Source of the DNA: Polyangiales bacterium
Lineage (GTDB): Bacteria > Myxococcota_A > Polyangia > Polyangiales > Polyangiaceae
Direction: 5' to 3'
Length of the DNA stretch: 64,000 nt
Assembly: GCA_038231275.1 (NCBI GenBank)
Contig: JBBRLQ010000007.1
Coordinates: forward strand, 128,001 to 192,000
Shown here: piece after piece, positions 21,396 through 31,386 of the stretch
Layout: the number at the start of each line of letters is the position of its first letter
How positions within the stretch are numbered: the first letter of the stretch is position 1
The notes under the pieces: generated by a model
The model's input: the letters and a program-made list of their open reading frames with translations, nothing else
The model's database searches: none
Told to the model about the DNA's origin: nothing
Translations under genes and position numbers: made by a program

Positions 21396-22838
21396 GTGGG
21401 CAAGGTCCTCATCGTCGACGACAACGCCGATCTCGTCTCGACGTTGAAGGCGGTGCTCGAGGCGCCGAGCGCCCGGTTCGACGTGGTGACCGCCTCGAAC
21501 GGCGCCGAAGCCCTGAAAATCGCAGCCCGCCAGGGGTTCGACGTCGCCATCGTGGACGTGAAGCTCCCCGACGCGAGCGGCGTGGATCTCATCCAGCCGC
21601 TGCGCGATCGCGCGAAGCTCTCGGAGGTCGTCCTCATCACCGGCTTCGCGAGCGTCGACGCGGCCATCGCCGCGCTACGATCGGGCGCCTTCGCGTTCGT
21701 CCTCAAATCGTTTCGCCCCGAGGAGCTCATCTCGACGGTCGAGCAGGCGCTCACCAAGGTGCAGCTCAAACGCGAGCGCGAAGAGCTCGAGCGCCGCTAC
21801 CGCGCCCTCGTCGAGCTCACCGACGTCCTCGTCGTGGGCCTCGACGATCGCGACTGCGTCGGCCTCTTCAATCCGAAGGCGGCCGCCGTCACGAAGGTCG
21901 CGGCCGATCAGGCGCTCGGCCGCCCGTTCGTCGAGAGCTGGATCCCACAAGAGGACCAGTCGCGGATGAAGGACGCGATCGCGCTCGCGCGGGCATCTGG
22001 CGCGCGAGAGGTCGAGACCGGCTTCACCGAGTCGCGGCGCCGCGTGCGCTGGCACCTGTCATGGGCCCCTGAGGACGTGGGGCGCGGGATGGTCTACGGC
22101 ATCGGGATCGACGTCACCGAGCGCCGCGCGCTCGAACGCCGCGCCGCCGACGCCGAGGCCCTGAGCGCGATGGGCACGCTGGCGATGAACCTCGCGCACG
22201 AGATCCGCAACCCCCTGAACGCCGCGGTCCTCCAGCTGAACCTGATGAACCGCCAGGTCGACAAGCTGGACGCCGAACCGGACATCCGTGCTGCACTGCA
22301 CAAGCGCGCGGAGATCGTTGGCGACGAGATCGGTCGCCTGAACCGCCTGCTCACCGAGTTCCTGGAGCTGGCCCGCCCGCGCGGGATCGGGCGCGAGCCG
22401 GTGCACGTCGGCGCGCTCGTGGACGACGTGCTCGACCTCGAGCTCGACCGCGCGCGCGAGCATGGCATCTCGGTCAAGCGCGAGATCGCCGCCGACGGGT
22501 GCGTGGCCATCGGCGATCGCGAGAAGTTGAAGCAGGTCGTCATCAACCTGGTCGTCAACGCGATAGAGGCGATGAAGACCGGCGGCACGCTCACCGCGCG
22601 CGTCACGCCGCAGAACGAGCACGTGACCATCGCGATCAGCGACACCGGTCCGGGGATCGAGCCTCAGAACCTCACGAGCGTCTTTGATCCGTTCTTCACC
22701 ACGAAGGAGGCCGGGACCGGCCTCGGCCTCTCGATCGTGCGCAAAATCGTGGACCAGCACGCCGGTGAGGTGCGCCTCGAGAGCGAGCGCGGAAGAGGCA
22801 CCCGCGTCGAGGTCACAATCCCGACGGGGCGAAACTAG
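21396..22838 (+). CDS. Hybrid REC-PAS-histidine kinase
   Basis: REC motifs VLIVDD and DVKLPD, a PAS-like segment, LAHEIRNPL, NLVVNA, DTGPG, FFTTK and GTGLGL. Confidence 0.93.
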   Translation: MGKVLIVDDNADLVSTLKAVLEAPSARFDVVTASNGAEALKIAARQGFDVAIVDVKLPDASGVDLIQPLRDRAKLSEVVLITGFASVDAAIAALRSGAFAFVLKSFRPEELISTVEQALTKVQLKREREELERRYRALVELTDVLVVGLDDRDCVGLFNPKAAAVTKVAADQALGRPFVESWIPQEDQSRMKDAIALARASGAREVETGFTESRRRVRWHLSWAPEDVGRGMVYGIGIDVTERRALERRAADAEALSAMGTLAMNLAHEIRNPLNAAVLQLNLMNRQVDKLDAEPDIRAALHKRAEIVGDEIGRLNRLLTEFLELARPRGIGREPVHVGALVDDVLDLELDRAREHGISVKREIAADGCVAIGDREKLKQVVINLVVNAIEAMKTGGTLTARVTPQNEHVTIAISDTGPGIEPQNLTSVFDPFFTTKEAGTGLGLSIVRKIVDQHAGEVRLESERGRGTRVEVTIPTGRN

Positions 22839-22869
22839 CTCAGGAAGCGGAGCTGCCTGAGCTAGTTTC
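22831..22869. terminator. Hairpin / probable bidirectional terminator
   Basis: 14-bp stem GAAACTAGCTCAGG...CCTGAGCTAGTTTC between convergent genes. Confidence 0.7.
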
Positions 22870-23011
22870 TTCCGTTCGCCTGGTGGAACCGTGGCCGGTT
22901 CCCTCATCGCTTCGCGACGAGCCCCCTCCGCGTGCTTCGCGGCTCGTGCTGTGCACGAGCGGGGAGGGCAACGCGAAATCAGGGAGCGGTGGGAGGGGGA
23001 CAGAAGTGAAT

Positions 23012-23236
23012 TCAGGAAGCGGTGGACGGCGCGGTGGCGCCGGGCATGTTCGCGACGAAGACCTTGCGGACCTCGGCGGCGAGCTTCTGCTGATAGGCGA
23101 TCGACTCCTTCGCCATCCGCGCGCTCTCCTCGATCGCCACCTGCGTGTGCGCTGCGGCCCGCGTCGTCTGCTGATCGACCATCTCCCACCAGAGGTTCGC
23201 GAACTGCTGCACCTGGGTCACGTATTCGTTCTTCAT
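23012..23236 (-). CDS. Small amphipathic helical protein, putative phasin (PhaP-like)
   Basis: 74 aa (MKNEYVTQVQQFANLWWEMVDQQ...). Strong AAGGAG RBS, directly downstream of phaR, with its own PhaR-type box. Confidence 0.65.
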   Translation of the reverse strand: MKNEYVTQVQQFANLWWEMVDQQTTRAAAHTQVAIEESARMAKESIAYQQKLAAEVRKVFVANMPGATAPSTAS

Positions 23237-23268
23237 TGGGTGGGCGTCTCCTTTCAACGCCGACCCCA

Positions 23269-23320
23269 ACCCTAAGCATCCACGCGGGAGGGTCAATCCC
23301 ATTTTGTTGCAGTGCACAAA
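23269..23320 (-). promoter_or_regulatory. PhaR-type box plus sigma70-like promoter for the phasin-like gene
   Basis: Minus strand reads TGCACTGCAACA-AAATGGGA-TTGACC-N16-TAGGGT. Confidence 0.7.
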
Positions 23321-23329
23321 GATAGTTGT

Positions 23330-23866
23330 TCAGCTCCGGCGTCGCGGGCGCTTCAGCGCGCGCTTCAGCTCGTCGAGCTCGCGGCGCAGCTCGTCGACGT
23401 CGCTGGCCTGCGGGGAAGGCGCGGGAGGGGACGGCATCGGCGGAGGCGCGGCCGCTTGCTGCTGCCACGGGAGCCCGCCCATGAACATACGGGCGATCGC
23501 GTTGGTCGCCGAGAACGGCACCGTCGCGAGGGGGTTGTACGGCGAGAGCTGCTGCGCCCCCTGCTTCGCCTGCATGTAGAGCTCGAGAGCCCACGTCATG
23601 TACCGGCCGAAAAACTCGGCGAGCGCCTCGTCGCGCATTCGGATCAACTGCACGAGGAGCGGCACCGGAAGAAGCTTCGCTCGGTGCTCGAGGATGATCT
23701 GGGTGAGCGTCGACTGGGTCAGGTCCTCGTTCGTCTTGGCATCGACGACGCGCACGTCGACCCCCTCGCGGATCCGAACGGCGAGCTCGTCGAGCGTGAT
23801 GTAGTGGCTCGCGTCCGTGTCGTAGAGGCGACGGTTCGAGTACTTCTTGACGATCATCACGGCCAT
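23330..23866 (-). CDS. phaR: PHA synthesis repressor PhaR
   Basis: Canonical PhaR DNA-binding domain KKYSNRRLYDT...YITL...VRVVDAKTNEDLT...LTQIILE, followed by LPVPLLVQLIR. Confidence 0.95.
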   Translation of the reverse strand: MAVMIVKKYSNRRLYDTDASHYITLDELAVRIREGVDVRVVDAKTNEDLTQSTLTQIILEHRAKLLPVPLLVQLIRMRDEALAEFFGRYMTWALELYMQAKQGAQQLSPYNPLATVPFSATNAIARMFMGGLPWQQQAAAPPPMPSPPAPSPQASDVDELRRELDELKRALKRPRRRS

Positions 23867-23943
23867 CTGGGGCCTTCTCCGTACTTGGCGAAGGGCCCCC
23901 GCGCAAGGAAGGATCGGCCTATGGCCGACCATGGGAAAGGTCG

Positions 23944-23995
23944 TGTTGCATCGCAACAAAAGCGCCTTGACGGACTCGCCGCCGGATCGTAGGTT
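23944..23995 (+). promoter_or_regulatory. PhaR-type box plus sigma70-like promoter for the 24046-31359 operon
   Basis: Palindrome TGTTGC-ATC-GCAACA, 8 nt, then TTGACG-N17-TAGGTT. Confidence 0.75.
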
Positions 23996-24045
23996 CCGCC
24001 CGCCCTAACGCGGTGGACCGCGTTAGCCCTCGTGTGGGTCGTAAA

Positions 24046-25011
24046 ATGAAGTTGGGCGTGCGTTTCGTGGTCGCGTGCGCGTTCGCACTGCCGGCGTGTA
24101 CCAGCGGGGCCGACCGTGCGTGTACCGTCGGAGCGGAATGCGCCTCGGGTGTATGCCGGGGCGATGGCACCTGCGCACCCGCGGGGTCGGACGGCGGCGC
24201 GGGTCTCGAAGGCGGGGCGACGGGCGGCGACGGCGGAAGCGCGGACGGCGCGAGCGACGACGGCGCGAGCCTCGACGCGCCCACCCAAGGAGACGGAGCG
24301 GGAACCGGGTGCCTCCCGAATCACGACGGGACGATCCTGCGCACGGAGATCCCGCTCGGGCCCGGCCTCCACGCCAAATACACCGTCGCCCAGAGCGCCC
24401 CCGTCTCCACCGGCGGCACCGCGCAGCCGGACGGATCCCGCGTGTGGGATCTCACCGGCGCGCTTTCCGGCGATCACTCTCTGCTCGTCGAGACGCTCGC
24501 CCCGACCGGCCAATGGTTCGCCGGCGACTTTCCGCAGGCGTCGTACACCGCGCGCCTCACCGACTCGTCCGACTTGCTCGGCGTGTTCCAGACGACGCCG
24601 TCCGCGATCCTGCTGCTCGGGGCGGTGTCACCGTCCTCGGGCGCGAACGCGACGGAGCTGCCCAACAGCGCCGGCGTCCCTTCGCTCGCGTTCCCGATGA
24701 AGATGGGCTCGTCGTGGAATTCGAACGTGACGATCAACGGCAAGGTGAACGGCGTGCCGACCTTGTACGGCGACGCGTACGAGTCGTCGGTCGACGCGCA
24801 CGGCCTCATGAAGACGCCGTACGCCGACTTCCAGGTGCTGCGCATCAACACCAAGCTCACGCGCTCGGTGGGCGGCGTGCCGTCGCTCATTCTGCGGACG
24901 TACGCGTACGTCGCCGAGTGCGCGGGGCCGGTGGCGACGATCCTCTCGCAGAACAACGAGACGCAGGTGGAGTTCACGACGGCGGCCGAAGTGCAGAGGC
25001 TCGGCAAGTGA
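24046..25011 (+). CDS. Uncharacterised lipoprotein A (beta-rich; paralog of 27502-28374)
   Basis: Lipobox LPA-C, small Cys motif (CTVGAECASGVC), Gly/Asp linker and a beta-rich domain. Confidence 0.8.
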   Translation: MKLGVRFVVACAFALPACTSGADRACTVGAECASGVCRGDGTCAPAGSDGGAGLEGGATGGDGGSADGASDDGASLDAPTQGDGAGTGCLPNHDGTILRTEIPLGPGLHAKYTVAQSAPVSTGGTAQPDGSRVWDLTGALSGDHSLLVETLAPTGQWFAGDFPQASYTARLTDSSDLLGVFQTTPSAILLLGAVSPSSGANATELPNSAGVPSLAFPMKMGSSWNSNVTINGKVNGVPTLYGDAYESSVDAHGLMKTPYADFQVLRINTKLTRSVGGVPSLILRTYAYVAECAGPVATILSQNNETQVEFTTAAEVQRLGK

Positions 25012-25913
25012 AGGCGCGACTCGCCATCGTCTGCGCGCTGCTCGTGTCGCTGCAGCCGATGGGCTGCGCCTCGTACCACCAGGGCGCGATCGCCGGCGAG
25101 CCCCGCACCGCAACATTCGCGGAGGTCGATGGCGTACGTGTCAGGTACACCGACGTCGGCGAGGGATCGCCGGTGGTCCTCGTGCACGGCTTCGCGTCGT
25201 CGCTCGATACATGGGGCGCGCTCGTGCCGGAGCTCTCGAAGAAGCACCGCGTCGTCGCGCTCGACCTGAAGGGCTTCGGCTGGAGCGATCGCCCCGAGGG
25301 GGACTACTCGCCGCGCGCACAGGCCGAGCTCGTCATGAAGCTCGCGGCGAGCCGCGGCATCGACACGTTCATGCTCGTCGGCCACTCGTTCGGCGCGTCG
25401 GTCGTCCTCGCCGCCACGCTCGCGCATCCGGAGAAGGTGACCAAGATCGCCCTCTACGACGCGTTCGTCTACGAGGAGCAGATCCCGACGTTCTTCCACT
25501 GGGCGAAGGCGGACGGCCTCGGTGAGGCTCTTTTCTCGCTGTATTACAAGGAGCGCGCCGACGAGCGGATGCGCCTGGCGTTCTACGATCCGAAGTTCGT
25601 GACCGAGCCGCTCGTCGAGAGCGTCGAGGCGCAGCTCGATCGGCCCGGCACCGTCGCCGCCGCGCTCGGCACCGTGCGCGCGATGCGCTACGCCGAGGTC
25701 GAGTCGCAGTACAAAAAGGTGCAGGTCCCGGCGCTGCTCTTGTGGGGGCGCGAGGACACGGTCACGACGCTCGCGTACGGTGAACGTCTCGCCGCCGATT
25801 TGCCGAAGTCTCGCCTCGTCGTCTACCCGCGGTGCGGTCACTTCCCGATGATCGAGGCGCGCGTCGCGTCGAACGCCGAGCTCGTCGCCTTCGCCGAGGA
25901 CGCGAAGCCGTGA
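25008..25913 (+). CDS. Alpha/beta-fold hydrolase (esterase/lipase-like), probable lipoprotein
   Basis: Signal ending PMG-C; motifs HGF, DLKGFG, GHSFG (nucleophile), WGRED and GHFP. GTGA overlaps at both ends. Confidence 0.9.
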   Translation: MKARLAIVCALLVSLQPMGCASYHQGAIAGEPRTATFAEVDGVRVRYTDVGEGSPVVLVHGFASSLDTWGALVPELSKKHRVVALDLKGFGWSDRPEGDYSPRAQAELVMKLAASRGIDTFMLVGHSFGASVVLAATLAHPEKVTKIALYDAFVYEEQIPTFFHWAKADGLGEALFSLYYKERADERMRLAFYDPKFVTEPLVESVEAQLDRPGTVAAALGTVRAMRYAEVESQYKKVQVPALLLWGREDTVTTLAYGERLAADLPKSRLVVYPRCGHFPMIEARVASNAELVAFAEDAKP

Positions 25914-27499
25914 AGGCGTCGCGCGCGGTCTCGTGTTGCGTCGCGGCAATCGCCATCTCCGCGATGCTGCCCCGCAGCGCACGCGCGACCGGCTTCACCG
26001 ACACGGGTCAAGATCTCCAGCCGCGCGAGAAGGCGGAGGTCACGCTGCACGGCTACCTCCGCACGCGCTTCGAGGCGCTCGGCAACCTCGATCTCGATCG
26101 CGGCCTCACGCCGTCCGGCGACCCGCTCTTTCCGGTCTCGCGTTCGGACCCGAAGGCGCAGTGGCTGACGTACGCCGACATGCGCCTGCGCACGGACCTG
26201 GCGGTGTACGCGCCGGGCGCGGCGGTCGCGGTGAAGGCGCGCATCGACACGCTCGACAATTTCCCGCTCGGTGGCTCGGCCGACGGCATCCCGTCCGCGA
26301 GCACTACCCAGCGCGCCGCGGGCGACGCGATCCGCGTGAAACGAGCCTACGGCGAGGTGCTGACGCCGTTCGGCGTCGTCGTCGCTGGGCGCACCGGGAG
26401 CCACTGGGGCCTCGGCATCCTCACCAACTCTGGCGACTGCCTCGACTGCGACTCGGGCGATGCTGCCGATCGCATCGCGCTCATCTCGCCGCTCCTCGGA
26501 CACATCCTCGCGGTGGCCTACGATTTTTCGGCGACCGGCCCGTTCGACACGCGCCGCGCGAGCGGGCGCTCCATTGCGATCGAGCCGTCGACGAATGTGC
26601 GTTCCGTGACCGTGGCGCTCCTCAACTGGCGCGATGACATGGCACGCGAGCGTCGACGGGGAGCAGGGAAGGCGACGTTCGAGTACGGCGCGTATGGTGC
26701 AGTGCGAAGTCAGAAGGACGATCTATCGGCCGCGTACCTGCCCACGACGCAGCCGCTGCCGCTCGCGCCTTCGCAGGTGATGAGCCGCGGCTACCAGGCC
26801 TACGCGATCGACGGTTGGGCGCGGCTCACGCTGCCGAACGTCCGCATCGAGGCCGAGGCGGCGTACCTCAACGCGACGGTCGATCAGCCGTCGCTCATCC
26901 CCGGCGTGCTCCTTCACGACAAGGCGACGTCGAGCCAGCTCGGCGCGGCGCTCGAGAGCGAGGTGTCGCCCAAGGACGGGAGCTTCGGCGCCGGTGTCGA
27001 TCTCGGCTACGCGAGCGGCGATCCGGCGCCCGGCTTCGGCGTGAATCCGCAGCCGGGAGGGCGCCCGCCCAAGGCCGGCGATCTCGACGGCGCGCAGGCG
27101 ACGCCGCCGTTCGACAACAAGGTCGACAACTTCCGTTTCCACCCCGACTACCGGATCGATCGGATCCTCTTCCGCGAGATCATTGGCACGGTCACCGACG
27201 CGACGTACCTCCGCCCGCACGCGCGCGTGCGCCTCGCCAAGATCGGCCCGCACGCCGAGCTCACCGCGGCGGTGGCCGGCGTCGCGTCGTGGGCGGTGTA
27301 CGCCCAGTCGACCCCAGGTCAGCGGCGGCCCCTGGGGATCGAAGTGGATCCTACGCTTTCCTACGTGCATCGCGACGGATTCGCGGTCGCCCTCGAGCAC
27401 GCCGTGCTTTTTCCCCTGTCCGGGCTAGACAATCCGGTCCAGCACCTCGACGCCAAGCCCGCGCAGCTCGTCCGGCTGCGCCTCGCGTTCCGGTTTTGA
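25910..27499 (+). CDS. Outer-membrane beta-barrel protein (resembles myxobacterial TIGR04551 family)
   Basis: Signal peptide ending ARA, alternating beta-strand patterns (HGYLRTR, RVKRAYGEV), NFRFHPDYRIDRILFREIIGTVTDA and C-terminal RLRLAFRF. Confidence 0.8.
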   Translation: MKASRAVSCCVAAIAISAMLPRSARATGFTDTGQDLQPREKAEVTLHGYLRTRFEALGNLDLDRGLTPSGDPLFPVSRSDPKAQWLTYADMRLRTDLAVYAPGAAVAVKARIDTLDNFPLGGSADGIPSASTTQRAAGDAIRVKRAYGEVLTPFGVVVAGRTGSHWGLGILTNSGDCLDCDSGDAADRIALISPLLGHILAVAYDFSATGPFDTRRASGRSIAIEPSTNVRSVTVALLNWRDDMARERRRGAGKATFEYGAYGAVRSQKDDLSAAYLPTTQPLPLAPSQVMSRGYQAYAIDGWARLTLPNVRIEAEAAYLNATVDQPSLIPGVLLHDKATSSQLGAALESEVSPKDGSFGAGVDLGYASGDPAPGFGVNPQPGGRPPKAGDLDGAQATPPFDNKVDNFRFHPDYRIDRILFREIIGTVTDATYLRPHARVRLAKIGPHAELTAAVAGVASWAVYAQSTPGQRRPLGIEVDPTLSYVHRDGFAVALEHAVLFPLSGLDNPVQHLDAKPAQLVRLRLAFRF

Positions 27500-27501
27500 C
27501 C

Positions 27502-28374
27502 ATGAGACACGCCGCCGTCCTCCCGTTCACCCCCTTCATCGCGCTCGTCGCGTTGGCGCTCGTGGGCCTCGCGGCGTGCGGCGACAACCAGACGCACCCC
27601 GATCGCGCGACGTACGACGCCGGTCCCGCGCAGCCGCTGTCGTGCGTGCCGAACCTCGACGGAAAGATCGATCGCTCCGAGCTCGGTGCGGCCATCGGTG
27701 TGCCGGCGCGGTACTTGGTGTCGCCGGTCGGCGTCTCGCGCACCGTGAACCAGTCGGGCGGCGTCGATGCTGCGGGGCACAAAACGTGGGATTTCTCCAC
27801 CGACTACGCCGACGACCAGGCCGCGACGATCTCCGCGAGCGCGCCGACCGGCAAGTGGTACGCGGACAAGTTCCCCGGCGCGCAGTTCGTTTCACCGTTC
27901 GACGCGGGCGGCGCCGTCGACGCCGTGTACTCGGAGGACGACACCGCGATCTACCTGCTCGGCCTCGCGTCCTCCATCCAGAACCCCGCCGACGGTCAGA
28001 CCCTCTACGTCTACGACGCGCCGGTCCCGTTCCTCCGCTTCCCGCTGGCGCCCGGCAAGACGTGGACGAGCGTGGGCACGACGAAGAACCAAATGCTTCG
28101 CGGCCTGCCGTTCGCCGGCAAGGACACCTACGAGGTGACGGTCGACTCCGAGGGCCAGATGATCCTCCCCGACGTCACCTTCACCCAGGCGATCCGCGTC
28201 CGCACGAAGATCACGATCGAGCCCACCGTCGGCGCCACGACCGCGCAGTTCCAGACGAGCTGGTTCTTCGAGTGCTTCGGCGAGGTGGCGCGCGCCACGA
28301 GCAAGATCAACGAGGGCAGCCCCGACTTCACCAGCGCGCTGGAGATCCGTCGGCTAGGGCTGCCGGGACGCTAG
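27502..28374 (+). CDS. Uncharacterised lipoprotein B (paralog of 24046-25011)
   Basis: Lipobox LAA-C; shares collinear motifs with lipoprotein A. Confidence 0.8.
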   Translation: MRHAAVLPFTPFIALVALALVGLAACGDNQTHPDRATYDAGPAQPLSCVPNLDGKIDRSELGAAIGVPARYLVSPVGVSRTVNQSGGVDAAGHKTWDFSTDYADDQAATISASAPTGKWYADKFPGAQFVSPFDAGGAVDAVYSEDDTAIYLLGLASSIQNPADGQTLYVYDAPVPFLRFPLAPGKTWTSVGTTKNQMLRGLPFAGKDTYEVTVDSEGQMILPDVTFTQAIRVRTKITIEPTVGATTAQFQTSWFFECFGEVARATSKINEGSPDFTSALEIRRLGLPGR

Positions 28375-28415
28375 AGATCGCGAACGAACGAACGAACGAG
28401 ACGGCAGAGGCGGGC

Positions 28416-28703
28416 ATGATGAACAAGGAACAGGGCAAGAAGGCGTTCGACGCGTGGGAGAACACCAGCGCGGCGTACATCGAGAAGTGGATGAAGAGCC
28501 CGCTCGTCCTCGCGCCGGTGGGCGCGCTCCTGACGCAGGCCATGCGCCTCAAAGAAGCGCACGAGAAGGTGATGACCTCGATGTGGTCGGCGTTGGGCCT
28601 GTCCACGAGGCGGGATCAGGAGCGGACCCTTTTTGCGCTGCACAAATTGGAGAGCCGCCTGATGGACCTCGAAGAGAAGCTCGACAAGAGGAACGGGGGT
28701 TGA
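28416..28703 (+). CDS. phaE: Short PhaE-like PHA synthase partner subunit
   Basis: 95 aa. FDAW...W and [23 protein letters not shown] resemble the PhaE C-terminal LxLPTRxD coiled coil. Lies upstream of class III phaC. Confidence 0.7.
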   Translation: MMNKEQGKKAFDAWENTSAAYIEKWMKSPLVLAPVGALLTQAMRLKEAHEKVMTSMWSALGLSTRRDQERTLFALHKLESRLMDLEEKLDKRNGG

Positions 28704-28705
28704 GG

Positions 28706-30283
28706 ATGGACGCGTCGCACTTTCAGGAGATCATGATCGCCCCGCGCGCGGTTTTCAACGCGCTGCCCGCGCACGGAGGCAAGCCGCGCTTCATGGTGCA
28801 GACGCCGGAGGGCGGCTGGCGGCCCGTCACCTGGCAAGAGTTCGCAGACCAGATCCGCGACATCGCGCTCATGTTGCAGGCCCGCGGCCTGAAGAGTGGC
28901 GACCGCGCGGCGGTGTTCGCGCACAACTCCGTGGAGTGGGCAGCGAGCGCGCTGGCGATCCAGGCGGCCGGTGGCGTGATGGTGCCAATTTACCCGGCGA
29001 GCACGCCGGCGCAGGCGCTCTACGTCCTCGAGCACTCCGACGCGCGCTTCGTCTTCACGGACAAGGCCTCGCGCATCCCCGCGGGGTGGAAGGGGGACGT
29101 GGTCGCGTTCGAGCCGGCGTCGTGGAAGCACGCGCGCACCGTCGGCGCCGAGGCGCACGCGAAGGATCCCGATCTCTTCACCCGCACGATGCTCGCGGTC
29201 CCGCTCGAGCAGCCGGGGATGATGCTCTACACGAGCGGCACCAGCGGCAACCCCAAGGGCGTGCCCCTCACGCACATGAACGTGGGCGTCAACGGACGCG
29301 ACTGGTTCAACGCGCTCCTCGCGCAGATCGACGAAAATAGCGTGGATCTCCTGTGGCTGCCGATGAGCCACATCTTCGGCTTCGGCGAGATGTGCCTCGG
29401 CAATACGCTCGGCTTCACGACCTACTTGGTGGAGCCCGCGAGCGTCTTTGCGAAGCTCCCGGAGGTGAAGCCGAACGTCTTCATGAGCGTCCCGTCGCAC
29501 TGGGAGAAGATCTCGATCCTCGCCGAGGGCAGCAAAGAGAAGCTCGATCAGATCACCGGCGGTCACTTCAAGTTCTGCCTCTCCGGCGGCGCCGGCCTCA
29601 AGCGCGAGGTGAAGGAGGCGTACCACAAGGCGGGCGTCCTCATCATCGAGGGGTACGGCCTCACCGAGACGTCGCCGACGCTGACCATGAACACGCCCAA
29701 GGCGTTTCGGTTCGACACCGTCGGCAAGCCGTTCCCGAGCGTCGAGGTGAAGCTCGCGGAGGACGGAGAGATCCTGGCGCGCGGCCCCAGCGTCTTCAGC
29801 GGCTACCACAAGGAGCCGGCGGCGACGAAAGAGGCGTTCACCGACGACGGCTGGTTCAAGACCGGCGACGTCGGTCAGTTCACCGAGGACGGCTTCCTCA
29901 AGATCGTCGACCGCAAGAAGGACATCCTGGTGACCGCCGGCGGCAAGAACGTTCCGCCGGCGAACATCGAGCTCCGCTTCCGCGACGATCCGCTCGTTTT
30001 GCACCTTGTCGTATACGGCGATGCAAAAAAGTACCTCGTCGCCGGCGTGTGGCTAAACCCTGACGTCGCCCGCGGTCTGTCGAAGGACGAGATCCAGGCG
30101 AAGGTGCAGGCCACCGTCGACCGCATCAACCGTGAGCTCGCGAGCTTCGAGACGATCAAGAAATTCGCGATCATCGATCACCCGCTCACCGTCGAGGGCG
30201 AGCTCTTGACCGCGTCGCTCAAGGTACGTCGCAAGAAGATCTACGAGACGTTCCGGACCACCTTCGAAGGGCTCTACGCATGA
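28706..30283 (+). CDS. AMP-dependent long-chain acyl-CoA synthetase (FadD/ACSL-like)
   Basis: Motifs [36 protein letters not shown] and DRKKD...GGKNV. Confidence 0.93.
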   Translation: MDASHFQEIMIAPRAVFNALPAHGGKPRFMVQTPEGGWRPVTWQEFADQIRDIALMLQARGLKSGDRAAVFAHNSVEWAASALAIQAAGGVMVPIYPASTPAQALYVLEHSDARFVFTDKASRIPAGWKGDVVAFEPASWKHARTVGAEAHAKDPDLFTRTMLAVPLEQPGMMLYTSGTSGNPKGVPLTHMNVGVNGRDWFNALLAQIDENSVDLLWLPMSHIFGFGEMCLGNTLGFTTYLVEPASVFAKLPEVKPNVFMSVPSHWEKISILAEGSKEKLDQITGGHFKFCLSGGAGLKREVKEAYHKAGVLIIEGYGLTETSPTLTMNTPKAFRFDTVGKPFPSVEVKLAEDGEILARGPSVFSGYHKEPAATKEAFTDDGWFKTGDVGQFTEDGFLKIVDRKKDILVTAGGKNVPPANIELRFRDDPLVLHLVVYGDAKKYLVAGVWLNPDVARGLSKDEIQAKVQATVDRINRELASFETIKKFAIIDHPLTVEGELLTASLKVRRKKIYETFRTTFEGLYA

Positions 30284-31359
30284 CCCCCCCCGACGAGACG
30301 AAGCGCTGGCGGAACCTGTCGTCGCTGCTCACGAAGCCGCCGCCGCCGGTGGGGACGACGCCGTCCGACGTGGTTCTCAGCGAGAACAAGATGCGCGTGA
30401 TCCGGTACCGGGGAACGCCCACGAAGAAGACGCCGGTGCTCGTCGTCCCGTCGCTCATCAACCGTCACTACGTGCTCGACCTCTTGCCCGGCAAGAGCTT
30501 CGTCGAGTTCATGGTCGCGCAAGGGCACGACGTCTACATGATCGATTGGGGTCGGCCGACGAGCGAGGATCGCTACGTCACCTTCGACGACCTGTGCGAC
30601 GGGTACCTTGGCCGCGCGATCCGCAAGGTCGCGCGCCTCTCGGGGAGCAAGGTGCATCTCCTCGGCTATTGCCTCGGCGGAACGCTGGCCGCGATCCACA
30701 CGGCGAAGAACCCCGAGCACGTGGCGTCGATCGCGCAGCTCGCGGCGCCGGTCAGCTTCGCGGACGACGGGCAGCTCGCCGTGTGGACGCGATCGTCCAC
30801 GTTCGACATCGGATCGGTGTTGGCCGCGTGCGGCAACGTGCCGTCGTGGCTGATGCAAGCCTCCTTCCAAATGCTCCGGCCGACGATGAACCTCTCGAAG
30901 ATCGTGCACCTCGTCGACAAGGCGGGGGACGACGATTTTCTGGAGGGCTTCCGCGCGATCGAGGCGTGGGCGAACGACAACGTCGACTTCCCAGGCGAGG
31001 TCTACCGTCGCTACATCCAGGAGCTGTACCGAGAGGACCGCCTCATCAAGGGGACGTTCCGCCTCGGAGGCGCCCCGGCCCGCCTCGAGTCCATCACGTG
31101 CCCGGTCATGTGCGTCACGTTCGAGCACGATCACATCGTGCCGTGGCGGAGCGCGGCCGTGATGCTCGACAAGGTGTCGTCGATCGACAAGGAGCACCTG
31201 CACCTGCCGGGCGGTCACGTCGGCTCGGTCATCTCCCGCGCCGCGAAGAAACACCTCTGGCCGAAGATCAGCGCCTTCTGGTCATCCCGCCCGCGCGCGA
31301 TCGAGATCCTCGACCCCCCCCTTGCAAATGCTGCGGTGCAACATACAATGCAGGGCTGA
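30280..31359 (+). CDS. phaC: Class III PHA synthase catalytic subunit
   Basis: [25 protein letters not shown], lipase box GYCLGG, catalytic D (HDHIVP) and H (GGHVG); 359 aa. Confidence 0.93.
   Translation: MTPPDETKRWRNLSSLLTKPPPPVGTTPSDVVLSENKMRVIRYRGTPTKKTPVLVVPSLINRHYVLDLLPGKSFVEFMVAQGHDVYMIDWGRPTSEDRYVTFDDLCDGYLGRAIRKVARLSGSKVHLLGYCLGGTLAAIHTAKNPEHVASIAQLAAPVSFADDGQLAVWTRSSTFDIGSVLAACGNVPSWLMQASFQMLRPTMNLSKIVHLVDKAGDDDFLEGFRAIEAWANDNVDFPGEVYRRYIQELYREDRLIKGTFRLGGAPARLESITCPVMCVTFEHDHIVPWRSAAVMLDKVSSIDKEHLHLPGGHVGSVISRAAKKHLWPKISAFWSSRPRAIEILDPPLANAAVQHTMQG
31322..31349 (+). promoter_or_regulatory. Internal sigma70-like promoter with PhaR-type box in the spacer, upstream of phaZ
   Basis: TTGCAA-N16-TACAAT, with the spacer containing TGCTGC-GGT-GCAACA. 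Confidence 0.65.
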
Positions 31360-31386
31360 ACGGGGTGGGCGAGGACAACCGACGAC

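Noticed and set aside
20046-22838. 930-aa ORF suggesting a long fusion kinase
   Set aside because: The N-terminal part is an alternative frame of gatB; the real gene starts at GTG 21396.
28381-28399. (CGAA)4 microsatellite between lipoprotein B and phaE
   Set aside because: Short and intergenic; too few units to argue for phase variation.
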